Origin: Kiritimatiellia bacterium
GTDB taxonomy: Bacteria; Verrucomicrobiota; Kiritimatiellia; RFP12; UBA1067
Reading direction: 5' to 3'
Length of the DNA stretch: 64,000 nt
NCBI GenBank assembly: GCA_017403825.1
Contig: JAFRDO010000065.1
Span: forward strand, 6,438 to 70,437
Part shown: one piece after another, positions 25,266 through 34,000 of the stretch
How the letters are laid out: each line of letters starts with the position of its first letter
Numbering within the stretch: the stretch's first letter is position 1
Program-made: the position numbers and the translations under genes
Notes under the pieces: generated by a model
The model's input: only the letters and a program-made list of their open reading frames with translations
Database searches by the model: none
Told to the model about the DNA's origin: nothing

Positions 25266-27866
25266 ATGAGAAGAACGTGTTTCGTCATGTCGGTCGTGGC
25301 GCTTGCCGCGATATGCCAGGGTTCGTTCGGGCCGCTCACGCCGTCGGCGAAGCCCTACGAGCGAGAGTACATCTGGCCGGACGGGAAGATGCCCGACGTG
25401 CAGGCGCACCAGATCGCCGCGAAGACAGGCGAGAAGAGCAGTCCTGACTTCAAGGCGGAAAACTTCCGCCGCCCGTACATCGACTGGTATGCGCCTAACC
25501 CGGAATGCAAGACCGACCTCTGCGTCATTACCATTTCCGGCGGCGGGTTCTACACCTGCTGTGACGCCGAACGGCTCCAGCCAGCCATCGACAGATTCGT
25601 CAAGGCGGGCGTCACGGTCGCGGACGTCACGTACCGCACGCCGCGTCCGAACGGCCTGCCGATCCACCAGTCGGCATGGGAAGACGTGCAGCGCGCGGTG
25701 CGAGTGGTGCGCTCGGAGGCGGCGAAGCGCGGGTTCAACCCGGACAAGATCGGCGCGACCGGCATCTCCGCCGGATCCAAGGCGCTGCTGCTAGTGGCGA
25801 CGAGTTCCCTTACGCCCGCATACGCACCAATCGACGAGATCGACAACCTGCCGTGCAACCTGCTCTTCGCAATTCCGCAGGCCCCGGCGTACGTGCTGAC
25901 CGACGGCGAGGGTACGCCGAACTCGCGCGACGGCGACGCGCCTGACGTGGCGCTCGTGCCGGAGCTGAAGTTCGACGAGAAGACGTGTCCGATGTGCTTC
26001 TTCCAGGGCGGCATCGACGAGTATTCGCCATCCGGTTCCACACAGATTTACCGCCAGCTCCGCCGCATGAAAATCCCCGCCGAGGTGCATCTCTTCGCCG
26101 ACCGCTGGCACGGTTTCCACGGCGACATGAACAAGGGCGACGACGCCACCGGCTGGGATCACTGGTTCCATCGCGCCGAGGAATTCATCCGCCAGATGAA
26201 CTACGACGGGCGGCTAGGGGCCGACGAGGCGCTGATGCATCGCTTCGCGAGTGACGAAAGCCGCGGCACGTGGGAGAAGGAAGACATCTGGCCGGAAGGC
26301 AAGACGCCGCCCGGCTACACCAACCAGTGCACGCCTTTCATCGAATGGCATTTTCCGAAAGAGCTGAAGACACGGTCGATCCAGATCATCTTCTCCGGCG
26401 GCGGATACCACTGGAACAAGCCGGAAGGCATGGAGGTGACGCCGGCGAGGCGCTACTTGAACGCGAAGGGAATGACGGTCGTCACGCTCAAGTACCGCGA
26501 GCCACGCCCGGCAGGAGGCCTCGCAAAGCACACGTCCGCCTGGCAGGACCTGCAGCGCGCCGTCCGCATCGTCCGCTCCAAGGCGGCGGCAAAGGGGCTC
26601 AACCCCGACCGCATCGGCATAATGGGCGGCTCAGCCGGCGGACACCTCGCGCTGATGGGTGCCACGTCGTCGCGCCACAAGTCCTACCTGCCGGTCGATG
26701 CAATCGACAAGACGCCCTGCAACGTGCAGTGGGCCGTAGCCGTCTACCCGGCATATTCCCTCACCGACGGCATCGACTGCAAGAACACGGACGGCGGGAA
26801 CGGCGACGGCGACAGGCTCGTGCCGGAGTTCTCGTTCGACCTCGACACGTGTCCGGTACTCTTCCTCCACGGCGATGCTGACGGCTACTCGCCTATGGCA
26901 TCGGTCAAGGCATGGGAGCAGTTGCGGCGTATGGGCGTCCAGGGCGAGGTGCACACGTTCGCGACGCGCGGCCACTGCTTCCAGAACAAGTCTGCGCCCG
27001 GCACCGGCAGCTATACCTACCTCGACCGCATCTGGGAGTTCATGAACCACAAGGGGTACAACGCGCCAACGCCACTTCTGAACCGGATAGCAGCCTCGCA
27101 CAAGATCATCAAGCAAGACGTGTGGCACGGCTATTCGCGGGTCGTCTTCGATTTCGAGGGACATCAGGCGTGGATCGTTGAGCCGAACGGCGAATGGGCC
27201 GCCGGCCATCCGTGGACATGGACCATGCAGTGGGCCGATGCGTACGTCGAGAGGACCGGAGTGCCTGACATGCTCGGGAAAGGCTGGCGGCATGTCACGA
27301 TCGACACGTTCAGGCACAGGATGGATGAAGAGGGGCTTCGCGTGAGCCGGGCGTTCCAGAAGTACCTCGTCGACGAGCTTGGCTTCGCGGCCAAGGCGAA
27401 CCTCGTCGGCATGAGCTGGGGCGGATTCTTCTCGGTGCGCTACGCCGCGGCGTATCCCGACTGCGTGTCGAGGATATACCTTGACGCGCCGCTCCTGACG
27501 TTCGGTGGCGGATTCGGCGTTTCGGACGGTGCGCCGTCCGGCTCGGCGGCGCAGATCGGGCCATGGGCCGGAACGCCGCCGAAAAACGGCGACTGGCTTG
27601 CCGATCCGCGAATGCCGGTGAACATGGCGGGCGCAATCGCCAAGGCGGGGATTCCCATCCTTCTGCTCTACGGCGAGCACGACCAGACCGTGAAGCCGGT
27701 GTACAACTGCGAACCGTTCGCGGAGCGCTTCAAGGCCGCCGGGGGGACAATTGACGTACGGAAGCGCGCGGCGTTCGGGCATCATCCGCACGGCGAAGAC
27801 CCTGGCGCGACCCGCCGCATTACGGATTTCTTCGCAACCCCCTTGCGGAACGCGTCCGCTTTATGA
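25266..27866 (+). CDS. Secreted multi-domain carbohydrate esterase with three alpha/beta-hydrolase modules
   Basis: The ATG at 25266 lies 3 nt from the upstream stop, with AAGAGGA as RBS. Signal peptide MRRTCFVMSVVALAAICQG. It has nucleophile elbows 'GISAGSKALLL' and 'GGSAGGHLALMG', and a third module with 'GMSWGGFFS'. Confidence 0.7.
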   Translation: MRRTCFVMSVVALAAICQGSFGPLTPSAKPYEREYIWPDGKMPDVQAHQIAAKTGEKSSPDFKAENFRRPYIDWYAPNPECKTDLCVITISGGGFYTCCDAERLQPAIDRFVKAGVTVADVTYRTPRPNGLPIHQSAWEDVQRAVRVVRSEAAKRGFNPDKIGATGISAGSKALLLVATSSLTPAYAPIDEIDNLPCNLLFAIPQAPAYVLTDGEGTPNSRDGDAPDVALVPELKFDEKTCPMCFFQGGIDEYSPSGSTQIYRQLRRMKIPAEVHLFADRWHGFHGDMNKGDDATGWDHWFHRAEEFIRQMNYDGRLGADEALMHRFASDESRGTWEKEDIWPEGKTPPGYTNQCTPFIEWHFPKELKTRSIQIIFSGGGYHWNKPEGMEVTPARRYLNAKGMTVVTLKYREPRPAGGLAKHTSAWQDLQRAVRIVRSKAAAKGLNPDRIGIMGGSAGGHLALMGATSSRHKSYLPVDAIDKTPCNVQWAVAVYPAYSLTDGIDCKNTDGGNGDGDRLVPEFSFDLDTCPVLFLHGDADGYSPMASVKAWEQLRRMGVQGEVHTFATRGHCFQNKSAPGTGSYTYLDRIWEFMNHKGYNAPTPLLNRIAASHKIIKQDVWHGYSRVVFDFEGHQAWIVEPNGEWAAGHPWTWTMQWADAYVERTGVPDMLGKGWRHVTIDTFRHRMDEEGLRVSRAFQKYLVDELGFAAKANLVGMSWGGFFSVRYAAAYPDCVSRIYLDAPLLTFGGGFGVSDGAPSGSAAQIGPWAGTPPKNGDWLADPRMPVNMAGAIAKAGIPILLLYGEHDQTVKPVYNCEPFAERFKAAGGTIDVRKRAAFGHHPHGEDPGATRRITDFFATPLRNASAL

Positions 27867-27891
27867 TATACTTTATTTTACCGCAAGCGAT

Positions 27892-27967
27892 GGGGAAGTA
27901 GCTCAGTTGGTAGAGCATCACGTTCGCAACGTGGGGGTCGGGAGTTCGAATCTCCTCTTCTCCACCA
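27892..27967 (+). tRNA. tRNA-Ala (anticodon CGC), with encoded CCA
   Basis: GGGGAAGTAGCTCAGTTGGTAGAGCATCACGTTCGCAACGTGGGGGTCGGGAGTTCGAATCTCCTCTTCTCCACCA. The acceptor stem has the G3:U70 alanine identity pair. The anticodon loop is TTCGCAA (CGC). The T-arm is GGGAG/TTCGAAT/CTCCT. Confidence 0.85.
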
Positions 27968-27975
27968 TCGCAAAA

Positions 27976-28025
27976 GTGCATTTCGCCCAATAAAATCAAA
28001 GGTGAAATGCATTTTGTGTTTTATT
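27976..28025 (+). terminator. Rho-independent terminator after the tRNA
   Basis: The stem TGCATTTCGCC / GGTGAAATGCA (one mismatch) with loop caataaaatcaaa is followed by TTTTGTGTTTTATT. Confidence 0.7.
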
Positions 28026-28144
28026 GATCCGTCGTTGACTCTTGCCGTCTCTTTACTTTCCTTCCCAATGTGACAAGGGGGCAATTCCGGGGGCAAGGAT
28101 CGAACCTCCCACCGTGAGAGAATCGGCTTCTGCGCAAAAGGATC

Positions 28145-28268
28145 AAAAAATGTGCGCGACGAGGTTTGATTTCGGTCGAAAAATGTGCAGATGAAGGCAG
28201 ACTTTCGGTTGAAAAATGTGCAGATGAAGGCAGACTTTCGGTTGAAAAATGTGCAAGAGAAATGATAT
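28145..28268. repeat. Tandem 33-bp direct repeats (two perfect copies, one degenerate, one truncated) overlapping the promoter of the downstream ATPase gene
   Basis: The unit is GAAAAATGTGCAGATGAAGGCAGACTTTCGGTT, at 28178-28210 and 28211-28243. The degenerate copy at 28145-28177 is aaaaaatgtgcgcgacgaggtttgatttcggtc. The truncated copy at 28244-28268 runs into GATATAAT (-10), then GGAGG, then ATG at 28289. There are no spacers, so this is not CRISPR. Confidence 0.75.
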
Positions 28269-28288
28269 AATTTGCGCAGGAGGTCACT

Positions 28289-29626
28289 ATGCAAAGAGTT
28301 GCTTTCAATGAAATTGAGGCTTGGAACAAGCGAAAAAACCGCAAGCCGCTCATATTGATGGGCGCACGCCAAGTCGGCAAGACGTGGCTCATGGACGAAT
28401 TTGCCCGATCGGTCTATTCGGGTGATTCCGTTTCGGTGAACTTTATGGAGGACGATGCGATTCGCGAGAATTTCGAGACGGTGAAGCTTGATCCGAAAAC
28501 GCTTGTTTCGCTCATCCAGGCAAGAAGCGGACGAAGGATTGTACCCGGGAAGACACTTCTCGTCCTGGACGAGATACAGGAATCGCCCAGAGCATTGACC
28601 TCGCTCAAGTTCTTCAACGAGAAGATGCCGGAGTTGGCGATCATCGCCGCAGGGTCTCTCCTTGGTCTCAGCCTTCGCAGAAAGCACGGCACGAAGGAGC
28701 GAGAGTCAAAAGGTTCCTTTCCCGTCGGAAAAGTCGATTTCATAGACGTTCGGCCGATGACGTTCTCAGAGTATCTTTTGGCAAGAGGCGAATCGGTGAA
28801 GTCCGACGAGCTTGCCACCGGGAACTGGGAGATCCTCAACCTTATCCACGATGAAATGGTTAGACACCTCAAGGATTATCTGTTTGTCGGCGGAATGCCT
28901 GACGCAGTTAGGACTTTTGTCGCAAACGGTGACTATCTTGAGACACGCCGAACGCAGAAATCCATTCTGAAGGCATATGACAAGGATTTCGTCAAACACG
29001 CCGAGCCTTCGCTCCTCCCCCGCATCCGTCTTCTCTGGAACAACGTCTCGGCACAGCTTGGGAAACCAAACAAGAAGTTCATATACAAAGCGATGAAGGA
29101 AGGTGCGCGCGGGCGAAGCTATGAGGACGCCTTGCAGTGGCTGGACGACGCAGGCATGGTTCATCAGGTGTTCCGTGCGGATCCGCCTCGTATGCCGCTC
29201 AAGTCTTACGAGGATTTTTCCGCGTTCAAGTTGTACATGCATGACGTGGGGCTTCTTGGTGCGATGAGTGGACTTCCGGCATCGGCGCTTCTCGAACTAA
29301 ACTCGATATTTACAAATTTCAAAGGCGCCTTGACGGAACAGTACGTGCTCCAAGAATTGCTTGCGGCAGGGGTGTCTCCGTCGTACTGGGCGGCGGAACG
29401 CGGTGACGCAGAGGTGGATTTTATCGTGCAGGGGTCCAAGGCCGTATTCCCCGTAGAAGTCAAGGCCGAGCGCAATCTCAAGGCGAAAAGCCTGAAGACA
29501 TATCGTGAATTCTTCAAGCCACCGGTCTGCTATCGAACATCGCTTTCTGAATATGCCGCAGGGCGATTGACACGCGACATTCCGCTCTATGCCGTCGCCC
29601 GCATCGCCGAGGAAGTGCGCAAATGA
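28289..29626 (+). CDS. AAA+ ATPase of the DUF4143 family ('ATP-binding protein')
   Basis: The Walker A 'ILMGARQVGKTWL' is followed by the long C-terminal region typical of DUF4143 proteins. It has its own promoter (TATAAT at ~28264) and RBS GGAGG. Confidence 0.75.
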   Translation: MQRVAFNEIEAWNKRKNRKPLILMGARQVGKTWLMDEFARSVYSGDSVSVNFMEDDAIRENFETVKLDPKTLVSLIQARSGRRIVPGKTLLVLDEIQESPRALTSLKFFNEKMPELAIIAAGSLLGLSLRRKHGTKERESKGSFPVGKVDFIDVRPMTFSEYLLARGESVKSDELATGNWEILNLIHDEMVRHLKDYLFVGGMPDAVRTFVANGDYLETRRTQKSILKAYDKDFVKHAEPSLLPRIRLLWNNVSAQLGKPNKKFIYKAMKEGARGRSYEDALQWLDDAGMVHQVFRADPPRMPLKSYEDFSAFKLYMHDVGLLGAMSGLPASALLELNSIFTNFKGALTEQYVLQELLAAGVSPSYWAAERGDAEVDFIVQGSKAVFPVEVKAERNLKAKSLKTYREFFKPPVCYRTSLSEYAAGRLTRDIPLYAVARIAEEVRK

Positions 29627-29650
29627 GATGGCCGAAAGAGAGATGAAGTC

Positions 29651-30097
29651 ATGGAGAAGTTCGAGGTGGTCGTGATGTGCGGGATTCCCGGAAGCGGCAA
29701 GACGACGTTTTGCCGCGAGCGGTTGTTTCCGCAGTATCTCTACATTTCGCTCGACCGGCTCAGGTCGCGGTCGGCGGAGGCGGAGCTTTTCGCATTTGCG
29801 CTGCGCCGCAGAAAGAGTTGCGTCATCGACAACACTAACATCAACGGACACGAGAGGACTCGTTACGTCCCGGCCGCCAAGAAAGCAGGCGCGAGCGTTG
29901 TCGCATACTGGTTCGATCCAGACGTCAGGGCGTGCAGGGCAAGGAACGCGAGCCGGACTGGGCGCGAGCGCGTGCCTGACTTCGTAATAGGGACCAAGGC
30001 GGCCCGCTTTGCCCCGCCGAACAAGGCGGAAGGGTTCGACGACATCCGCAAGGTGTCCATAGACGGCGACGGTTTCAAGGTGGAGGAGGGAATATGA
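29651..30097 (+). CDS. P-loop polynucleotide 5'-kinase-like protein (T4 Pnk kinase-domain-like / AAA_33)
   Basis: 'VVMCGIPGSGKTTFCRE' aligns to T4 Pnk 'TIGCPGSGKSTWARE'. 'VIDNTNINGHER' aligns to 'IISDTNLNPERR'. 'CRARNASRTGRERVPDFVI' aligns to 'VKRNSKRGTKAVPIDVL'. It overlaps the next gene by 4 nt. Confidence 0.65.
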   Translation: MEKFEVVVMCGIPGSGKTTFCRERLFPQYLYISLDRLRSRSAEAELFAFALRRRKSCVIDNTNINGHERTRYVPAAKKAGASVVAYWFDPDVRACRARNASRTGRERVPDFVIGTKAARFAPPNKAEGFDDIRKVSIDGDGFKVEEGI

Positions 30098-30834
30098 GAA
30101 AGAATGGTCTTGGCGACCGAATGAAAGAGTACGAGCGTGCGAGCGACGTGAAACTAGTCCGCCGGCTGCCGATGATCGTTCGGCTTGACGGCAAGGCGTT
30201 TCATTCATGGACGAAGAAAACGGGATGCGTCCGCCCGTTCGACCACACGTTCATCGAAATGATGGCGGGGCTGGCGCAGTACCTCTGCGAGAACATCGGC
30301 GGCGCGGAACTGGCCTACGGGCAGTCCGACGAGATATCAATTCTCGTGCGGGACGACCAGAACCTCGACACCGACGCGTGGTTCGACAAGCGGTTGCAGA
30401 AGGTCGTTTCCATCGTGGCATCGATGGCAACGTATTGGTTCAACGCGAACAACGCCTTCGAGAAAAAGCTCCCCGCGTTCTTCGATGCGAGGGCATTCAT
30501 ACTGCCTGAACATGAGGTCAAAAATTACTTCATCTGGCGGCAAGAGGATGCCACGACGAACAGTCTCTCTATGCTGGCCCAGAGCCTGTACCGACATGGG
30601 GAGTTGCAGCACAAGAAGTGGACAGAGCTGCAGGAAATGTGCTGGCGGAAGGATTGCAACTGGAACAACCTCGATTCGGTCGAGAAGCGGGGTTTCTGTG
30701 TCTATCGCCAAGAGGTGGTCGTAGAAGGACGACAGGGGCCTGTCAAGCGGATGAAGTTCCTCGTGGACCGCGCCATCCCGATCTTCACAAGCTCGGATTC
30801 CGCCGGGTGGTGGTCTCGGTTCCTGAAGGCGTAA
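30094..30834 (+). CDS. Thg1-like protein (tRNA-His guanylyltransferase family; 3'-5' nucleotidyltransferase)
   Basis: 'MKEYERASDVKLVRRLPMIVRLDGKAFHSWTK' matches the Thg1 N-terminal signature (fe....l.p...ivvRiDGr.FHkF). It is 246 aa, typical of bacterial TLPs. Confidence 0.8.
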   Translation: MRKNGLGDRMKEYERASDVKLVRRLPMIVRLDGKAFHSWTKKTGCVRPFDHTFIEMMAGLAQYLCENIGGAELAYGQSDEISILVRDDQNLDTDAWFDKRLQKVVSIVASMATYWFNANNAFEKKLPAFFDARAFILPEHEVKNYFIWRQEDATTNSLSMLAQSLYRHGELQHKKWTELQEMCWRKDCNWNNLDSVEKRGFCVYRQEVVVEGRQGPVKRMKFLVDRAIPIFTSSDSAGWWSRFLKA

Positions 30835-30846
30835 GGAGTTATAGCA

Positions 30847-31084
30847 ATGCGGATAATGGCGACAACTGGCTTGCACGGCAACCTTGAGGGCTCGACCCCA
30901 AGAGTGCGGATATCGTCGTCCTTACGGGCGACATCGCACCGCTGCGCGGTTGCGGGCTATGGACGCCTGTACAAAGCAACGTTGGGCGTGATTTGCAGCC
31001 AATCCCGCCCGACAGTTTCCGGCCTCGAAAGCGTCATTGGCACGACTCGACGGACGCAAGGAACTCCAGCCTGTCGGCGACATA
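30847..31084 (+). pseudogene. Frameshifted, truncated calcineurin-like metallophosphoesterase remnant
   Basis: AAGGAG, 8 nt, then ATG at 30847, which reads MRIMATTGLHGNLEG. After an apparent 1-nt deletion the +1 frame reads LDPKSADIVVLTGDIAP. Together these form the canonical phosphoesterase N-terminus (DxHG...GDxx). Homology is lost after ~35 codons, and the frame runs into the convergent GH78 gene end. Confidence 0.5.
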
Positions 31085-34000
31085 GACCATGCAGTTCACC
31101 CAGTCGCTGCCGTTCCGGCTGTCGAAGTAGGTTGGTATGGTGCCGTCGGCGCGCTGGTGCCGCGTGACGTTGTCGGCGAGAGCCTTCGCCTTTTCAATGA
31201 AAAGCCCGTTCCCAGTCGCCTTATACGCCGCCGCAAATGCGCCGATCATGTCGCCCATAGAAGCGTCGATCGGCGTGTAGTAGTCGTATTGCTCGAGCGC
31301 AGTCGGGGTCTTCCAGTTCTTCCAGTCCATGTTGTGGATCGGATCGCTCCACACGACAAACTGGTCTTCGCACCAGTCTACGATTTCGCAAGCCTCGGCG
31401 TTGCGTCCGAGCGAAAAGAGACTGAGCGCCGTATCTACGGCGACGCCCTTCTGCATGTTCCGGTAAGGCGGCATGGGATCCATGTCCTCGAACTGTCCGT
31501 CCCAGTTCCAGTTCGTTGCAGGCCCCTTCAGCACGTATCCGAACGCGCGGTCGCGCGCAGCGGCGAAAGCCGCGTCGCCCGTGGCGGCGAACGCGCGGTC
31601 GAACGCTCCAAGCACGTAGCGCGACGGCACAAGGCGGTTGGCGCGGACGGGCGAGCCGTCCTTCTCGCTCACCTTGAGCGGCCACGTACCGTCCTCGCCC
31701 TGAAGCCTCATGTAGCTTCGGACAATGTCAAGCGCGGCGTCGCGGTATTTCCCGTCGCGCGTCGCTTCCGCCAAGTCAAGGTAGGCGTGCGCGGCATGAG
31801 CGGGATAGTGCAGCATGTGCTGCCCCGCGTACTTCACCGCCACGTCGCGGCGGTCGCCCCAGTACGTGGGCGGGAAATGCGCGAGCGGCGTCCCGGCAGG
31901 CTGGCTGTGGGCAATGAGCCAGTCGGCCATCTTACGGGCGATGGCAAGGGCATCCGCCGAGTCCTTAGGCTCCGCCTTGGCGTGGCGGCAGAGCGCACGA
32001 ATCATCGAACTGAGTATCTTGGCCGGATAGCAGTAGAGGTCGTAGCCTTTCGGCGGATCGTCGGACGTGCGCCAGCCCTGCACCTGCAGCATGTTGAACA
32101 CCGCCGCATATACCTTCCTCGCCGCATCGCGATAGTCGCACGCGCCCGAAGGATACGGACCGCGGAACACGGCGGCGCGGTAGAACGAGCGCTCGCCAGA
32201 GCCTTCGACCTTCAAAGTATAGTAGCCGGGCGCAAGTGAATCCCAGATGTCGGCGGGAACGGGAATCCAAGGCTTGACGGCAGTCCAATCCTTCAGCCAC
32301 TCGACCTCCGCCGATTGCTCCCGATTGCGTCCGATGCGATACCGATATTCCTTCACGCCGCCGATCTCCTTGAAGTCAAACGCCGGCGGATGCATGAACG
32401 CCTTAGAATGTCCGTTCCAGAACGGACGCACTCCCGGCACGCCTGCCCGCACCGGCGTCTTGGCTTGCTCACGTGCGGCGGCGTTCAGCTCCTGCCAACG
32501 GTCAGGAGCCCCCGACAGCTCGTAGTCGCCGGCGGCGTATTCACGAGAGGTGCCGTCAAGTCCGGAGACAAGAGCTACGCTTCCCGGCGGCACTGAGAAC
32601 TGCCAGACAAGCCGCCCCGCATCGTCGTACCGCCATGCGCTCCGAATCACGCCGAAGCCGCTGCGGTACGTCGCCGAACACGACCCGAGCCTACGGTCGG
32701 GATACGGCCTCAGCCTGAACCGCCGCCAGCCGCCATGCTCCGGGTCGGGGCGAATCCCCGCCGCCGCAGAGAACAGCCACTCCAGCACGCAACCGTAGGC
32801 GTAGTGGTTGAAGCTGTTCATGCCGACCGGACCGAAGCCCTTCTCCTTCGTGTAGCCGTTCCATCGCTCCCAGACAGTAGTCGCGCCCTGATCGACAGAG
32901 TAGAGCCAGCTCGGGAAGGCGTCCTGCAGCAGCAGCGAATACGCCAGATCCGGCGCGTCCGCCTCGAACGTCAGCGTCGGCAGCAGGATAGCCGTGCCGA
33001 GAAAGCCAGTCTGGAGCCGGTTCCCGTGAGCCTTGATGTTGGCGATCAGGTCGCGCTTCGTGGCCTCGACCGCCGCCGCGTTGCCGCAAAGGCCGAGCTT
33101 CAGCATGTAGAGGTCGTTGCACTGCCCCTTGTATTCGTCCTTGATCGTCCCGTCCGGCCCGACGTATTCCGCCGCGAACGCCTTGCGCAGCTTCGCCTCT
33201 TCCTCCGCATAGTGGCGCGCCGCCTCGGCTCTTCCAGTCGCCGCCGCCATCTCGCGCATGAGCATCGCCATCCACACGCGGAAGTACGCGTTGAGCGCCT
33301 TGACCTGGCGATCGTCCATCGCGTCGTCGGTGAGGTCGCCGGCGGGCTTTTCGTGATGCTCGAACGCAAGCCAGTCGCCGTGGTTGATGCGGTACGGCTC
33401 CGCGTCGCTTTCGAGGAAGTCCATGTAGCGGACCATCGAATCCCACGACTCGTCGACGAACCTGCGCTCGCCGTACCACTTCCACAGGCGGTATGGGACG
33501 ATCACCCCGGCGTCAGTCCACCCCGCGCTCGCCCACGGATCGGTGGTATGGCGCACGTTCGGCACGAAGCACATGTAACAGCCGTTGGCGCGCTGCGCGT
33601 CGCGCAGGTCGGCGAGAAACTTGCCGAGGAACTCCCGCGTGTCTGCTAGATATGCCGCGCTGTTCATGAACACCTGCGTGTCCGCCGTCCAGCCGAGACG
33701 CTCGTCGCGCTGCGGACAGTCCGTCGGCGACGAAAGATAGTTCGACAGCATCCCCCAGCGAATGTTCCCGACGAGCCTGTTCACGCGGTCGTTCCCGGTC
33801 ACGATGCTTCCCCTCTCCATCCCCTTCGTGACGGACGATACGGGCGTAGAGCGCCAGCGCGCGAACACGACCGGCCCTGTCGCCGTCACGCCCAAATAGC
33901 GGTAGCCGAAGTAAGTGTAGCGCGGCATGTACGACTGCGGGCCGTCCTTGAGCATGTAGCGGATTCCGGCGTAGGCCTCGCGCAGAGAGGCGAGATACGG

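Noticed and set aside
28085-28110. A second tRNA or tRNA fragment on the minus strand (the GGTTCGATCC T-loop-like motif).
   Set aside because: I could not fold a complete cloverleaf or even a convincing 5-bp T-stem. I keep it only as a possible tRNA-3'-end remnant mentioned under the tRNA locus finding.
28145-28268. Possible CRISPR array (tandem 33-bp repeats).
   Set aside because: The repeats are directly adjacent with no unique spacers. There are only ~4 degenerate copies and no cas genes. They overlap a promoter, which is more consistent with an operator or iteron array.
27878-28687. A 269-aa minus-strand ORF spanning the tRNA, the terminator, the repeat array and the start of the ATPase gene.
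   Set aside because: It runs antisense through a tRNA gene and a tandem-repeat array, producing repeated peptide segments. It is an artefact.
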